A DNA stretch of 63,993 bases, the filler included, from Gonapodya sp. JEL0774 (taxonomy: Eukaryota): assembly GCA_027604505.1 (NCBI GenBank). It is 9 parts of 9 records of this genome, joined end to end, with 100 filler letters (N's around TTAATTAATTAA, not from the genome) between each part and the next. Parts side by side here need not be neighbours in the genome. Positions count along the whole stretch, not along the records: positions 21,670 to 28,770 come from JADIIX010000532.1; positions 28,871 to 35,965 come from JADIIX010000533.1; positions 36,066 to 43,158 come from JADIIX010000534.1; 6 more parts are not named here. One strand, 5' to 3'. Shown piece after piece: positions 25,701-39,372 of this stretch (positions are counted from its first letter, which is position 1; every line of letters begins with the position of its first letter). The translations under genes were made by a program, and so were the position numbers. Under the pieces are notes generated by a model. It was given only the letters and a program-made list of their open reading frames with translations. It was not told the DNA's origin and ran no database searches.

Positions 25701-26380
25701 GAAGCAAAATTCAGTCAATGAGGTTACTGGACAAGAGGGAACTCAAACTCACTTTCAAGAACAAACGTCTTTTGCACATCGCTGTCACCCGTGCTGGACG
25801 TCGCACTTCCAGGCTTGCCTTTTCCGTGAACGACACCGCCTGGGCCCGCTTCTTTCGGCCTTCTTTTCCAATCTTTGTGCGACACTTTCGTTAAAGCTCC
25901 TTTTCCCAGTATCGCTGTCGCCGTTGCCGTTGCCGTTGGCGCCGTGGTCTGTTCGACAGCTGACACCCATGAAGGCGTCACGCCGTTTCTCGCTTTCATC
26001 GCACCAGACGCCAACCAGTGCGCAGCATTCTTTTGAGTACTCTCTTGGTTCCACTGGGACACTGAAGGATCGATGGCGTTACCGACTGTTCCCTTGATGT
26101 CTCCCGTTGTGTCCGAGTGCCTCTGGAGTGCCAGTCTTGACAGCGACCCCAAGTCACGTGTTTGCCCATGCACGGCTGCTGTGACCATTCCGTTCTTGTT
26201 GCCTCCCCGTGTCGGCGATGACGTCATTCCTGCTGCGCGTGTTGTCGCGTTCATTTCGGGCTCTTTGGCGGGCGGTGGTGGTGAGCATGACCACAGCGAT
26301 GACACCACGAAACTCAAAGAATATAATCCACTAGTGATCATGATTCGTGATAGAGATATCCGTCTAAAGGGACATGACAA
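22751..26380 (-). CDS. SPAG16: Flagellar central-pair WD40 protein PF20/SPAG16 ortholog (start uncertain)
   Basis: Acidic N-terminus FVLE...SDSDDSISYEEIP; LisH-like PEVVDDYVRNFLARRGMKKTLNMFQTEWY; VPSVY; HHRMHHRRVLQEK coiled coil; divergent WD40 repeats. Confidence 0.85.
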
Positions 26381-26974
26381 TCATTAAGAAAATCTTGGCT
26401 ACCCCTTACTCTGTGACGTTTTTCGGTATGGGGTTTCCAAACGTATGTTGCACAGTCGCTCGGCGATGTTCGAGGTAGCAACTCCCTCAGGGTAGATGTG
26501 ATGGAGAAATTCGAGCGGGAAACTGTCCATTGGCGTGGAAAGAGACTTTTTATGAGATGGGAGGGCTTGTGAATTTGATTCAACTCGTGCAACCGTGCAA
26601 GGTAAAACTTCTACAAAATATGCACCGACTCAATCTTAATGCCGGATGCAGAGCTAGGGCAGTGATAGCTCTCACGACACGGAACTTCAATTTGAAGACT
26701 CAATCTATAAGGAAAGGTTGGCGAAGCTTTTACATACTGCGTTAAGCACAACTGCAGCTCCGCTCACTACTTGAAACTTCTCTGAACAAACACCCGAGTA
26801 TTATGCCACTCGACAGGTGCAATGCTTGATGATCTCTGAACAGATTAGGATCCCAAGATGCATAAATTTCATCCCAACACTGTCCAAGTCCCAATGTATT
26901 CGTTCTCCTCTGTCTCCTCTACACTCCCACGTCCATCTACCTGAAGATCTAGTGTGCAACAATCCCAGAAAGCT

Positions 26975-28442
26975 CAACTACTGGCAACAAAATGATTTTT
27001 TGCTGAAAGAGTACGGGAAAAGTATTCTGACAGAGCAGATTCGCAGCTGAACAGCGAGGAGCGGGACTGACCTTCTATTGCCCACAAAGGTTGATAGAGG
27101 CATTGCAAGGGACCATCCCGGACTTTAACTGTCGACTGAGTGTCTCAACCGCGCAATGCTGCAGGCCAACGATTGTTCCTGTTGAGAGACCACTCTCGGA
27201 TCAGCTTATGTCCTTCTTTGCCAATTATTTCTAACTCGCATTGCGGATTCATAAAGTCTACAAATGCGGAGAGAATCACACCCAAATTTGACATATCCAC
27301 GGTGATGAGTTGTCTGGCGGAGACTCGTACAGCGGACGGGGATATTGCCATAGATATTCATCGGAGGCAGGGGAACAGGGCCAACAGATAACGTACAAGT
27401 CTTAAAGCTGCGGGTTGAGATGAGAATGATGTTGTTTCGCAGCTCGCGAGGTGAATGTGAAGTTTTCGGAGAAGGGTCATAGGCACGAGAGTGCATCCTT
27501 CTGGAAACAGCCTGTCCGGCTCTATAATTGAGATGCACAAATCAAGTACTCCAAGCTTCACTACATTGGGGAGCACCATTGATGTTCTCAAGAGTGCGAA
27601 GCGATGGTAAGCCCAATTCAAGGAACCTGCCGCGTTCTCTTTCCGCCAGGGTGGGATTGACATCTTCAAAGTCCTTATTGCTTCCCTTCGTTCCAATGGT
27701 ATGGAACGCCAATACTCAGAAATTGCTCCATCGTCATTTGCTGCAATCATTTCGGGTAAGGGAACACGTAGTGCAACGATAGACGGAAATCGGGAAAACA
27801 CATGATGGAGCAGACTGGTTGAAAACACCGACGAACGATTGTCAAGAAAAAGTTGCAGCAGGGTGACAGAGGGTAGAGCCAAACTGGAGGGAAGTGCTTC
27901 CAGAACATCAGCTGCGCCATCGTTTGTGATCTCGAAGCGGGGGACGTCATGCCTCCGAATGAATTCTAAGACAACGGTCGAAAACAACCCTTTCTGCGAT
28001 AGTTCGACAGCGCTGTTGGAGCAGAAGATCCCTCTCACGGCAACGGTGTGTCGTGCGAAGTCGGGGGTTGATGCCTGCACGCATCCACAAAGATATCCAC
28101 AACATGACGGCTTGGTCCGTGTACCGAATCAATAGAATTCATAGACACCCTGACCTGGGCAGAGAGTGTTGTCCAGATAATGCCCCCATCCATCCGGCGG
28201 AGTGGAAGAAACGGGTCAATGTCGCCCAACCTCTGATCCAACCTCGGTCTCCGAGTAACATGCGGATCTCGCTGAATAATCACATCGCACGCAACGCCGA
28301 TCGCGTTCCCTGGGCATCCTGGTATTGCTCCTCGCGACGCGGAGTGGAATCGGCGGGAGAGGAGTGGAATGGTGGAGTAGAAGGTTGCCGGAGGAAGCAG
28401 GCAGAAGATACGGTAGAGGGTTTCGAGTGGGAGAGTGTCCAT
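26975..28442 (-). pseudogene. F-box protein pseudogene
   Basis: MDTLPLETLYRIFCLLPPATFYSTIPLLSRRF; frameshift near 28080; in-frame TGA stops at 27358 and 27145. Confidence 0.7.
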
Positions 28443-28770
28443 GGGCAAGATACGAGAGAGGCGAGGACGGATTGAGGGGAATGGCGTCGACGAAGTGGTT
28501 GTCGCGGTGTTGTGACGGTCACGGGCACCCCCACCGCACAGCTGTGGAGCACATTCGTCCAATAATACAACCAGATAGGATAGAATCTCAACTTCTGTAT
28601 AACGTAGACATTCTGGAATTGGGAAGATTGAATAATGAGATACGATTTCCAGAAGGCTTCTTCCTGTAAATTCCCGAATCTCCAGTACTAATCTCCATCT
28701 AGTGCTTCTGCTCGGCCATATCATTTCACATTTCACGAGAGAGCTCAACGCTCTGTACTCATGAGATCAT

Positions 28771-28870
28771 NNNNNNNNNNNNNNNNNNNNNNNNNNNNNN
28801 NNNNNNNNNNNNNNTTAATTAATTAANNNNNNNNNNNNNNNNNNNNNNNNNNNNNNNNNNNNNNNNNNNN
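28771..28870. other. Artificial contig spacer
   Basis: N44-TTAATTAATTAA-N44. Confidence 0.98.
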
Positions 28871-28969
28871 CGAGTCGCACTCCACCGTAGAAACATGAAA
28901 ATGATCGCCCTGCTAAGTATATTGCTTGCGAGAAGCCAGAGTCCCCCTCCCCCCCCCCCCGATAATCAT

Positions 28970-31900
28970 CTACAGGTGCAAGTTCAGGTTTCCAAGGTTC
29001 GCGCCCATCGCGTTAGCCCATTTGAGGTGTTGGCGAACACCTGAAGTTTGGGGGGCGAAAGTAATGAATGACAGTACAAACGATAGGGGAAACTACGAAA
29101 TACTTACCGAGATCGGCCATGATCTGTGAGTGACAATGCATTGCATTCGACGGTGCGAGTGCAGTGAATGAATAAGTGATTGATATACGTATGAGATGCT
29201 CTTACCAGCAACTTACCTCCTCACTGCCTCCGGGAACTGGATGATCACGAAACGGAAAGTGTAAATAGGTCAGAAATCACATCCGCTTTGATCATCATGG
29301 GATAACTCCGAATACACACTGGCTGTTCCTCTGTTACCCCTGTAGATGGACTCCACCTTGCCACCAACACCGCCTTTCGTGTAGGCGATACCACCGAGAA
29401 TTTGAGATGCCTCTCGGGCGCAAAGTTCAACGGTTTTCGAGCACTAAATTGAGACGATGACTCGTTAGAATTCCATCATAAGCCAAACTCATGCGGAAAG
29501 TGCACCCAACGGACCTGAAGCTTGCACAGAGCAATCGGTCCACCAAGTCTCATGTCCTGCAGTTCACGAGGGGTGAGCACCATTTGGTGGCAGAGCTGTT
29601 CAACCCACGCTTGGGTGGCTTCAATGTTACGGGCCATCTCGGCGAATTTGGCACGAATGACGGGGTGCTTATGACAAAAGAGGGCAATTTTAGTATTGTA
29701 ATTGAAATGCCCGTATGGGTAGGAGTCAGTATCTACCTCGATGAGGAACTTTCCGAAGGTCTTTCGCTTGTGGGCATACTATGATGCATTGGCGATCAGG
29801 AGGGTGCATGTAAACGACATGTGAAGGTTTTCAAGAGTTGAGAAAGCAGATCGATAAAACCGCTGCTCACGTGCAAAGCCTCCTGGAGGCATACTCTCGC
29901 AGATCGAACTGCTCCGATGCAAATGAGAATACGCTAATAGTGTGCGAAGCAACATCATGAACCAAATTGCACATATGCAATGCATTCTTCGGAACATACT
30001 TCGTGGTTGCTGTGATGTACAATGAACTGTTCAGATTCAGATGGTTAAAGGAAACAGCAGCAAGAGCTTACAAGTTCGTCATAAGGGCGCGCAGACCCTT
30101 GTTGACTTCGCCAATGATCATGTCGACGGGAACCTATAAAGAAAAAATCAGCACTCATCCTTATCCGGATTCGTTTCAAGCTTTCTACTGGACACTCACT
30201 TTCACATCTTCGAAGGTGACGTAACTTGTACCGCCCATAACGCCTCCCGAAACTTCAATGTGTCTTGTCTTGACGCCTTGGGTACGGGGGATCATCATGA
30301 TGGAAACACCCGAGCCTCCAGGGCCTCCTGTGCGGACGGCGGTGGTGAACCACTGGAGCATAAATGTACGTGAGCGGAGGCTGAGAAAACAGTACAAAAA
30401 CCGTACGAACTTCCGCCCAGATACCACCAGTGCTAGAGAGAATGATGATGCATGCGTTATGAGGTTGTACAGTCCAACGGGACCACTGTTCCTAGACTCA
30501 CATCCATTTCTTTTCTCCGTTGACAATCCAGAATTTGCCATCATCGGACAATTTGGCGGTCGTAGTAATGTTTTGGACATCGGAACCTGCTTGAGGCTCG
30601 GTAATCGCCAAGGCAACAGTGATTTTGCCAGCGTACAAAGCTGGTACGAACTAGAGACAAGACGTTTTGAATTACGAACCTTCATCTAGGACAGCGAATT
30701 TTTTACCAACCTCGCGCTTCATTTTCTCCGACCCGTATTTCATGATGGGGGGGATGGCAAAAGCCTGACCACCGAAAAGAGCATTGGCGAGAGTCCCGCT
30801 GGCACTCATTTCGTCGAGGACAATAAGCTGGGAGTTGAAACATGTGAGCAGTATTTTCGATGAAGTGTTCCGATTGTAAAACTCATACCTCATGGAACAT
30901 GCTGGGGTGAAGGACAAACGAGGACCTTTAGTGTACGTACCCTTGCATCAAGACAGTAGAAAGAAGTCTCACTTCCAGTCTTTCGACTTGATTCCCATTG
31001 GCAGGTCCGGAACGCCAGGCATGTCCGGAGCAGCCCAGGGGGGGCCAACAATCACACGGAAGAGACCGGCCTTGCCAATCTCCTCAAAGGCCTAGAATGG
31101 AACAAGTGAGCCGAAGAACAGATCCAACTGAATCGAAATCTACTCACCCAGCGTGGCAGCGGCTTGTCCTGCTTGAGAAGTGCTTCCCATTCCGAATAGT
31201 ACTCGACCCATGAGTTCTTTTGGCACCACTCTCGCATGTGGGCACGCAATTTTCGGTGGGACTCGTCGTAGTAAGGGCTGTTCGGCCATGGACGAATTTG
31301 AAATCGAGCGGCAAGCTACTTGATAATTTAGTACTTACGAGTACCAGTCCTGGTCTAAAGCACACAAAGCAACGTCCAAATTTTCCTCAGTATGTTTGAA
31401 TGAAACAACTTTGAGCGGAATTCATGGACTCACACCAGGATGGCTCGCAGAAAGGTGCCTATTCCACAACAAGAATATCAGCATATCCTTCGACAAAATA
31501 CCAAAAATTACTCTTTTAACTTTTAATGCTCACCAAGTCGCCGAACACACTGTTGTCTCCGGTGAGCACCTTACTGGCCACGGCGGAAGCACCTGGTGCG
31601 GCCTTTTTCACTTCACCGAGAGCAGATGCGACCTTTCCAATTTTCAGCTTAGATCCGTAGGTGTTGAGGACCAGTTCCACATTGTCTGTCCATTGGTGTG
31701 ATCGAGTTGAGAGGTAAACCAGCCAGCGAAGGATGAAACTCACGGAACTGTTTGAATTCCTTCGAAGCGTCCTTGCCAGCAACCTTCAAGAGAATTTTCT
31801 TCCCGCCCGGGTGCTGTTCGTGGCGAAAGGCAATTGTGAGTACGGGTTGTTCATAGTTTGGTTCAAGTACTCAGGCAGCGTCAAAAAAAACACTAACCTC

Positions 31901-32123
31901 GGCAGCAAACTTGGAGACATCGAAGACCTAATAGAGAATAGGAAGAGTTCGTTTCATATCAGCGATGTGTGTGTGTTTCGGATTCCGATATCGGAAGCCA
32001 CGACGATTCGGGAACGCCGTGGGATGGCCAACATGACTACCGCACCTCTCCGTCAATAATAATCCACGCGTTTCCCTCTCGGTCGTGCTGCGCGACTTCC
32101 GCTGCTGTGAAGGATTTGCTCAT
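28970..32123 (-). CDS. Cytochrome b5-acyl-CoA dehydrogenase fusion, paralog A
   Basis: MSKSFTAAEVAQHD..AWIII; HPGG heme motif; LAITEPQAGSDV; NGEKKW; TYVTFEDVKV-type; HKRKTFGKFLI; ILGGIAYT; PGGSEE; ends NLGNLNLHL*; many introns. Confidence 0.92.
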
Positions 32124-32536
32124 GGTTTTCCGCGGAATAGTTGCAGCCGACATGTCCCGTTTATATTCTGAGGAGGCCCCAGCTCACCAGATTTTCCGAC
32201 AAATCGTGAAATTCCGGAACTGTCGGCGCAGAAATTTTGAAGACAGTAAATGTAACCGGAAAATAGAGGCATGTATGCTGTCTACATGCCTTCGGATGCC
32301 CTAGGGAGAGCGTGAGACACAAAATTTCCTGTTCGATTCGATTCTCACTGTCGGAAACCAATAGAATCGGAGTGGAACACATTGGTAAATGTTTGTGGCA
32401 AACTTCGAAAACGATTTCAGCGACCATGGATCTGCATCACGAAACTCAATTGAAACCTTGGGTTTTATTGTTACTCGTGCCAGGTAAGTATAAACACTGA
32501 CTAGATCTGCGATCGCTCTTTCCATCACTGTCTCAA

Positions 32537-35500
32537 CTACAGGTGCAGATTCAGATTTCCAAGGTTTGCTCCCATTGCATTTGCCCACTTCAAGTGCTGG
32601 CGGACACCTAAAATCCGAACCAGGAGAGAAATTTGACATGTCCTGTTAGGCGTGAACGAAACGTTCCGGAGTTTGACATCACTCACCGAGATCAGCCATG
32701 ATCTGGAAAAGGGAAAACGGGAATTGAAACGATGTTCGGTTGGTTAAAGATTATCAAGCGATGTCGCGACGGGTTATACATTGATGTGAGATGAAAAGTA
32801 TCAAACGCGACGAATTACCTCCTCGCTCCCTCCAGGAACTGAAATGTCAGAGCGACAAACTGCATTAGTATCGTCACAAAGTATGTGTCCATCCTTCCGA
32901 TTTCGATACTCACTGGCAGTACCCCTGTTCGAGCGATAAATGGCTTCAACCTTTCCACCTACACCACCCTTGGTGTAAGCGATACCACCAAGAATTTGAC
33001 TTGCTTCACGTGCACACAGCTCGAGGGTTCGAGAGCACTGAGCGACAAAGGACGAACGATCGATCATCATGGTTTGCGATCCCACGAGTCTTGCGAAGCA
33101 GGAGACGAGCACAATACAAAGCACAACTCACCTGCAGTTTACATAAGGCGATAGGACCGCCGAGCCTCATGTCTTGAAGTTCTCGTGGGGTGCGCACCAT
33201 CTGATAACACAGTTGCTCGATCCAAGCCTGTGACGCCTCGACGTTGCGGGCCATTTCAGCGAACTTAGCACGAATAACTGGGTGCTGCATGGTCAACACA
33301 GTTTGTTTAGCACTGAGGAGGATTACTAGCACAATTCAAAATAGCACGGTACCTCGATGAGGAACTTTCCGAAGGTCTTGCGCTTGTGAGCATACTTTTC
33401 AAATGTGCAAAATAGTATCTTAACGTTCCTGCTACGGTAACAACAGGACAAAAACTCACGTGTAGGGCTTCTTGGAGACAAACCCTAGCTGCTCGAGATG
33501 CACCGATGCAAATAAGAATACGCTTTTCGTAGGAGGAGCGGCAAGATCGCATCAGAGTAGCATTTTCCAGATCTCACGAACAAACACATACTTCGTGATT
33601 GCTTTGGGATGGAGAAGCCGTTTCCCAGTCAACTCTCGGCATCCAAACCGCGAATCAAAACCCAAGAGACTCACAAGTTCGTCATAAGGACTCGAAGACC
33701 CTTGTTAACTTCGCCGATAATCATATCAACTGGAACCTAGAGAGAGAGACACAAATGAAGTGTCAGTGTAAACGCTCGGTGGGAGCCTATCTCACACGGA
33801 GACGACATCCTCATTTTCCGAACAAACCTTCACGTCTTCGAAAGTGACATAGCTTGTTCCTCCCATAACCCCACCGGAGACTTCAATATGACGGGTTTTA
33901 ACGCCCTCAACACGAGGGATCATCATAACCGAGACGCCGGAGCCTCCTGGACCACCAGTGCGGACAGCGGTGGTGAACCACTGAGAAATTTAGAGATTAA
34001 CTTAGATGTATCAGGCAGCTTGGGAATAATAGACATACATCGGCCCAGATACCGCCAGTACTTGAGAGAGGAATAGGAGTAATAGGCGCGACAATGTGCA
34101 TGTTTGATCACTTTAGTAAATTGCTGTGTCAGACCAAAGCAGAACGACTTACATCCATTTTTTCTCGCCATTGACGATCCAGAACTTTCCATCGTCAGAC
34201 AATTTCGCTGAAGTGGTGATGTTTTGAACGTCGGAACCAGCGTGTGGCTCTGTGATGGCCAACGCTGCGGTCGTCTTGCCAGAGTACAACGCGGGAACGA
34301 ACTAAGGACAAATATATTAAGTCAGTAACAATTACTGAAATAAGAGCTTTTGCGAACAGCCCTCGGCCTCCTCGACTGACCTCCCGCTTCATTTTCTCCG
34401 ATCCGTACTTCATAATAGGAGGGATGGCAAACGCCTGTCCACCAAAAAGCGCACGAGCGAGAGAGCCGCTCGCACCGAGCTCGTCGAGGACAATGAGCTT
34501 TGATGGTCAGGAGTTAATGGGGACAAGATATATGAGTTAAAACATGTGGGTGTTTCATGAGAAAGCGACCGACTCACTTCGTGGAACATGCTTCACCGCA
34601 AAATTTGCATTGGAAAATCAGCGTCAAAATAGCATCCCGTCATGTTAGATGAAATCCACTTACTTCCAGTCTTTGGACTTGATTCCCATAGGAAGGTCCG
34701 GGACTCCGGGCATGTCCGGTGCTTGCCAGGGGGGACCGACAATCACGCGGAAAAGACCAGCTTGGCCGATAGCCTCGAACACCTGAGTTCCGCGAACGGG
34801 AAATAAGCATCGCTGCAATTGAACCGAAGGATGAACCTTCCACATACCCATTTCGGGGGCGCCTTGTCTTGCCTGAGCAGAGCGTCCCACTCGGCATAGT
34901 GTTGAACCCAAGAGTTAGCCTTGCACCACTCTCGCATATGAGCGCGGAGGCGTTTGTGGGAATCGTCGTAGTACGGGCTACGGCGGGTACAAAGCGGATG
35001 AGCAACTATTCTTAATGGAGGAGTGTGCACAATCCAACGTACGTGTACCAGTCTTGGTCTTGAGGTGATCAGCAGGGGCAAAACAGTCAAAAAACTTAAT
35101 TGAGGTCTGTAAACGAGTTCCTTGGGGACGATTGTGAACTTACACCACGCGGGCTCGCAAAATGGAGCCTGACCAACCAAACCCGCAACACTTGCTTAGT
35201 CAGATGTGAAATAGCATGGAGGAGCTTGCATACTTACCAGATCTCCGAATACGGAGTTCTCTCCAGTAAGAACTTTTCCCGACACAGCCGCAGCCGGAGC
35301 CGACGCCTTCTTGACTTCGCCGAGAGCCGAGGCGACTTTACCGACTCGGAGCTTGGCACCATAGGTGTTAATAACTAGATCAACGTTGTCTGTCGTAACA
35401 CAGTGGGCCGATACGGTGAACAACACTTCACTCCGCTTCGCTCCCAGCCCCAACTCAGAAGGAATTCACTCACGGAATTGACGAAACTCCTTGGAGGCAT

Positions 35501-35857
35501 CCTTGCCGGCGTACTTGAGCAAAATTTTCTTGCCGCCAGGGTGCTGTGAGTGTGTGTACATTCACAGCGGAAATTTTGAACAGGTCTCAACGTTCGGAAC
35601 ATGGCGATGGCGAGCCCTGGAATGTACGAACCTCCTGTGCAAATTTGGATACATCGTAGACCTAAATTGTTCAAAGAATTGTTGATCAGATCACTGATTC
35701 TCTCTGTGCAGCGATTCCGAGCAGCGGTCGGAACCAAGCTCCCGAACTTCACAAAACGGTTGACTGGGACTCAACACACATCTCCGTCGATAATGATCCA
35801 CGCGTTTCCGTCACGATCGTGCTGAGCGACCTCCGAAGTGGTGAACGATTTGCTCAT
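32537..35857 (-). CDS. Cytochrome b5-acyl-CoA dehydrogenase fusion, paralog B
   Basis: Same motifs and intron positions as paralog A (HPGG, AITEPHAGSDV, HPVIRAKFAEMAR, QILGGIAYTKGG, PGGSEE); ends NLGNLNLHL*. Confidence 0.92.
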
Positions 35858-35965
35858 TGTTGCTTTCGCTGGAATAATCCGCGGTGGATAAAGTCATACC
35901 AACAATCTTGTGCGAACCCTTTTTCGGAAATTTTGCTCAGTCCTTTCTCGCTGAATTATAATACT

Positions 35966-36065
35966 NNNNNNNNNNNNNNNNNNNNNNNNNNNNNNNNNNN
36001 NNNNNNNNNTTAATTAATTAANNNNNNNNNNNNNNNNNNNNNNNNNNNNNNNNNNNNNNNNNNNN
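35966..36065. other. Artificial contig spacer
   Basis: N44-TTAATTAATTAA-N44. Confidence 0.98.
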
Positions 36066-36527
36066 CTTATTATGTGGTGCTAGTTGTGCCTTATATACAT
36101 GTGTAGGCTGTGGTCATGTGCGAGGTGTCAATACCACAACACATCACTAGTTGTGACAGATCATGTTGGAACGCCAAATGTATTAAACTCAAGGCAAACA
36201 TTTACATCCCAAGGTATATGCCAGCACAGAGTAAATAGTGTTGCTCATCAGGACGGAGCATGTGCTGGATGTCTGGCAGATATCGAGGACAGACTCTTCT
36301 GGCATCAGGATGCCCTGTCCAGCAATAGGGAAAGCAAAAGTAGAATGTGCTGTTGACCCTCTGAGAACGACCGTTTGCTATTGCTACCACCCGATACTTG
36401 TTCTGAACACAAATAGCGTACTGTCCTTGATGTTCATGGTATCCATGCCTGCGCCCTCTTGGTTTTCGAGAGAGATGAGCAATCTTAATGCAGAAGTAGA
36501 GATTGGCTTTGTAATTGTCGTGGGGGT

Positions 36528-36558
<31 letters not shown>

Positions 36559-37842
36559 TTGTTGTTGCAACATGCCGACGTAACTTGGAGGTGCTGGACC
36601 TCCAAAACCCGCGGCTCCCATGACAAAGCCATAATTGGGGATATATAGGCCTTCATTTTGTGGTGGAATCACCAGGAATCCATTTGTGATACTGGAGATG
36701 GTAGCATTTTCCTTGTGAAATGGATTGGACAGGGCGGCCAGTGAGGGAAAGACCATCGGCACGGAATGCTGCGATGCTGAGGGCAGTAAAACTGCAGCTC
36801 CTGGCCCTCCTACGAAGTTATGGTAGTTGGTTGGCTCACTGGGTGCAGTTGGAGGAGGAGCTTGTGTCAGTGCAACGCTGTCTGCACCGCGTCTGGTTGT
36901 TACTGACACAGGCCATACAACCTGAACCCAATGGAAATGCAGACAGGAAAAACGTGAGATAAAAATAAGGTTGAAAGCATACCATGTCATTTCCTCCATA
37001 GGCTTGAGTTCTTTTAGAGCGAGGAGGTCGTTTTCACCATTCCCTGTGGGGATAGTTGCCGCAATGATGCCAGTGAAGACTGAAGAGTGCTTGGCGATGC
37101 TTGCTGACAAAATCTTAATAGTCTCAAATAAGACGTCCGGCCCGGCTTTGGCAGTGGCTGCCAACTCGTGTTGACAAGCACCACGCGTTCTTTATGTCTC
37201 TCTGCAAAACTTCCCATTCCCATCCTTGCAGGTGGTCTCTGGTTCCTTTGTCTTCCCTCGCACTTGTCTTCTGCCTACAATATCAACAGGCAGGTCAGTA
37301 ATATGACATAGAGCATTCCCAATTATGTGGTTTGGAGTGTTCCCGTCATCAGGCACGTAGAAGCTCGGCACCATCCAGAACGGTTTCGAGCCAAAGTAAT
37401 AAATTGACCTTTTGGGTTTGAGAAGCAAGCTGCGTTGCAGCGCTGTACAACTAGCACCACACAAAAAGAACACACTTCACATCATCTCATACTCTAGGCC
37501 TATCACTAGGCCACCATCCCGTCAAAGAGGGCTGAGACCGATACATAGTGACAGCCCCACTACAGTTTGGGGGGACAACTGTGTTCTCGATCCAGAGACA
37601 CCACCAAAAAGAGTCACAAAGAGCAGCAAAAAGCTGTCAAAGACTCATACACTAGTGGGTTTCAAAGTTCGTCCGAATAGAATTCCGAATGTTGCTGTCC
37701 GAATCCAAAAAATGATTCGGAAAAAGTTCTGTCCGAATCGTCTGAATCCCAGGCTCACCCGAATCCGTGCACCCAAAAGTTCAACTCACTCCAGAAAAAG
37801 CACATCTAGCCCTCTGACAATCACAATCTCTCCGATCTCCTG

Positions 37843-39249
37843 ATGCTAAAACGTAAATCCCCCTGCGCCAGTGCTGCGGGCCTCGGATCGTCTGGAACGG
37901 CCAACGGCGCAGACCACATGAAGAAGCGGAAGAAGACTAAAGCACCAGTTCAAGAGGAGGATTCAGACGCATACATCAAGAAAGTTAAAAAGTTGAGATG
38001 GACCCTAGAGCAGAAGCAGGCGTTGGTATAGTGGTGAGTTCAGTTCTGGACATCTGAGTGTCTGGCGGAACGGCAGACAGTGGTTGACAACAAGGTCAAC
38101 ATTGGTACGGCGGGAAAGGATGAAAGACGCTGACAACTACGATCTTTGGCATAGAGATGTTCACTCCGTGGCCGCTAGACAAGCGAGATTGGCAAACCAG
38201 TGCCTCGCTGGCTTCAATGACGACCAAATCAAACGACAGTGGGGCACACTCAAAGACGCCTACAAGAACATCCATGAGAAACTGCAAGGCACAGGATTTG
38301 GTGTAGATGATGACGGGGATCCTTTGTAAGGTGACGATCGTGAGTGTCTACTGCTTGTGCTGTGTCGACTCGACACCATTACACCACATTTTCAAACCAC
38401 TGAATCAATCGCCTCAATTGCAGTTGAAGTACTTGTCAAGAAGTCTTTCCCCTTGTACTACGAAATCGAAGAAATCATCGGGACTCGCGCAGATGTCAAG
38501 CCTGTTGCAACATCCGAGACGGCTCCCCCCGCTCCCCCCGCTTCAACCACCTCAGTTCCGATGCCCTCCTTTGGCGACATGCTAGTGGGACTAGGAGCAG
38601 GCATGAGCATGCAAGCACTGAGAGTTGTAGGCATGAGCGGGATCGCAAATGCCAACCCATTGGGCGTTTATCTGGAAGCCTGGACCTGTTGGACGACTTT
38701 ACTGGCCACAATGCAGAGATTCAGCAAGATCGTTACTTGGATACACCTGGAGCCGACAACTTTATGCAGGCTAGAGGTCCTGCAACCTCTATTCCCCCAA
38801 CTCCAACACCAGCACATCGCCCTTATGTCACTCCAATCGCGGCAGGAGTGGCTACAAGGGTGGCTGGTGGTCCTATGCTGGCTCCCAAGAGTCGCTCTAC
38901 TCCCTCAGCTTGATCAGGGAGAGGTGGGGTAGCTGCAGGAATCCGGCAGTCGCTCAGTGAGGTACTCTCTGCTATCTCAGCAAACCAGAACTCAAACATG
39001 CAGATTGCCCAAGAGGCAGCTGACCTGGAAAGACGCAAAGTTGAACTGGCAGAGAGGGAAATGAGGCTGAAGGAAGAGACCTTCAAGCTTCAACAGTCAC
39101 AGGCATGCAGCGTCCAACAAAACCCTTCGTATGGATTTTTGGATCAGAACACCCCACCTCTCGTGCTTCGTGCACTGCTTTCTATGCTTCAAAACCAGGT
39201 CGGGGAGGGAGCAGGTGAATGTGCAGCTGTTGCAGATGTACCTGAATGA
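37843..39249 (+). pseudogene. Harbinger Myb/SANT-like DNA-binding accessory protein
   Basis: LRWTLEQKQALV*W...QIKRQWGTLKDAYK...TGFG...FPLYYEIEEIIGTR; C-terminal coiled coil; premature TAG (38029) and TGA (38911) plus a frameshift near 38660. Confidence 0.8.
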
Positions 39250-39372
39250 CTTAACATGGTTTATGTTGTTCATCAGAACGTAAGAGTGAAGATTGTGGAG
39301 TAAAAGTAGAGTACTTGTGTGTTAAAGTGATTGTATTTATAAATACAAGCTGTAATCATTAAACTGAAACAG

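Noticed and set aside
36202..37473. 320-aa ORF with poly-Pro and neighbours
   Set aside because: Poly-Pro comes from a ~28-nt G homopolymer of doubtful length; no family recognised
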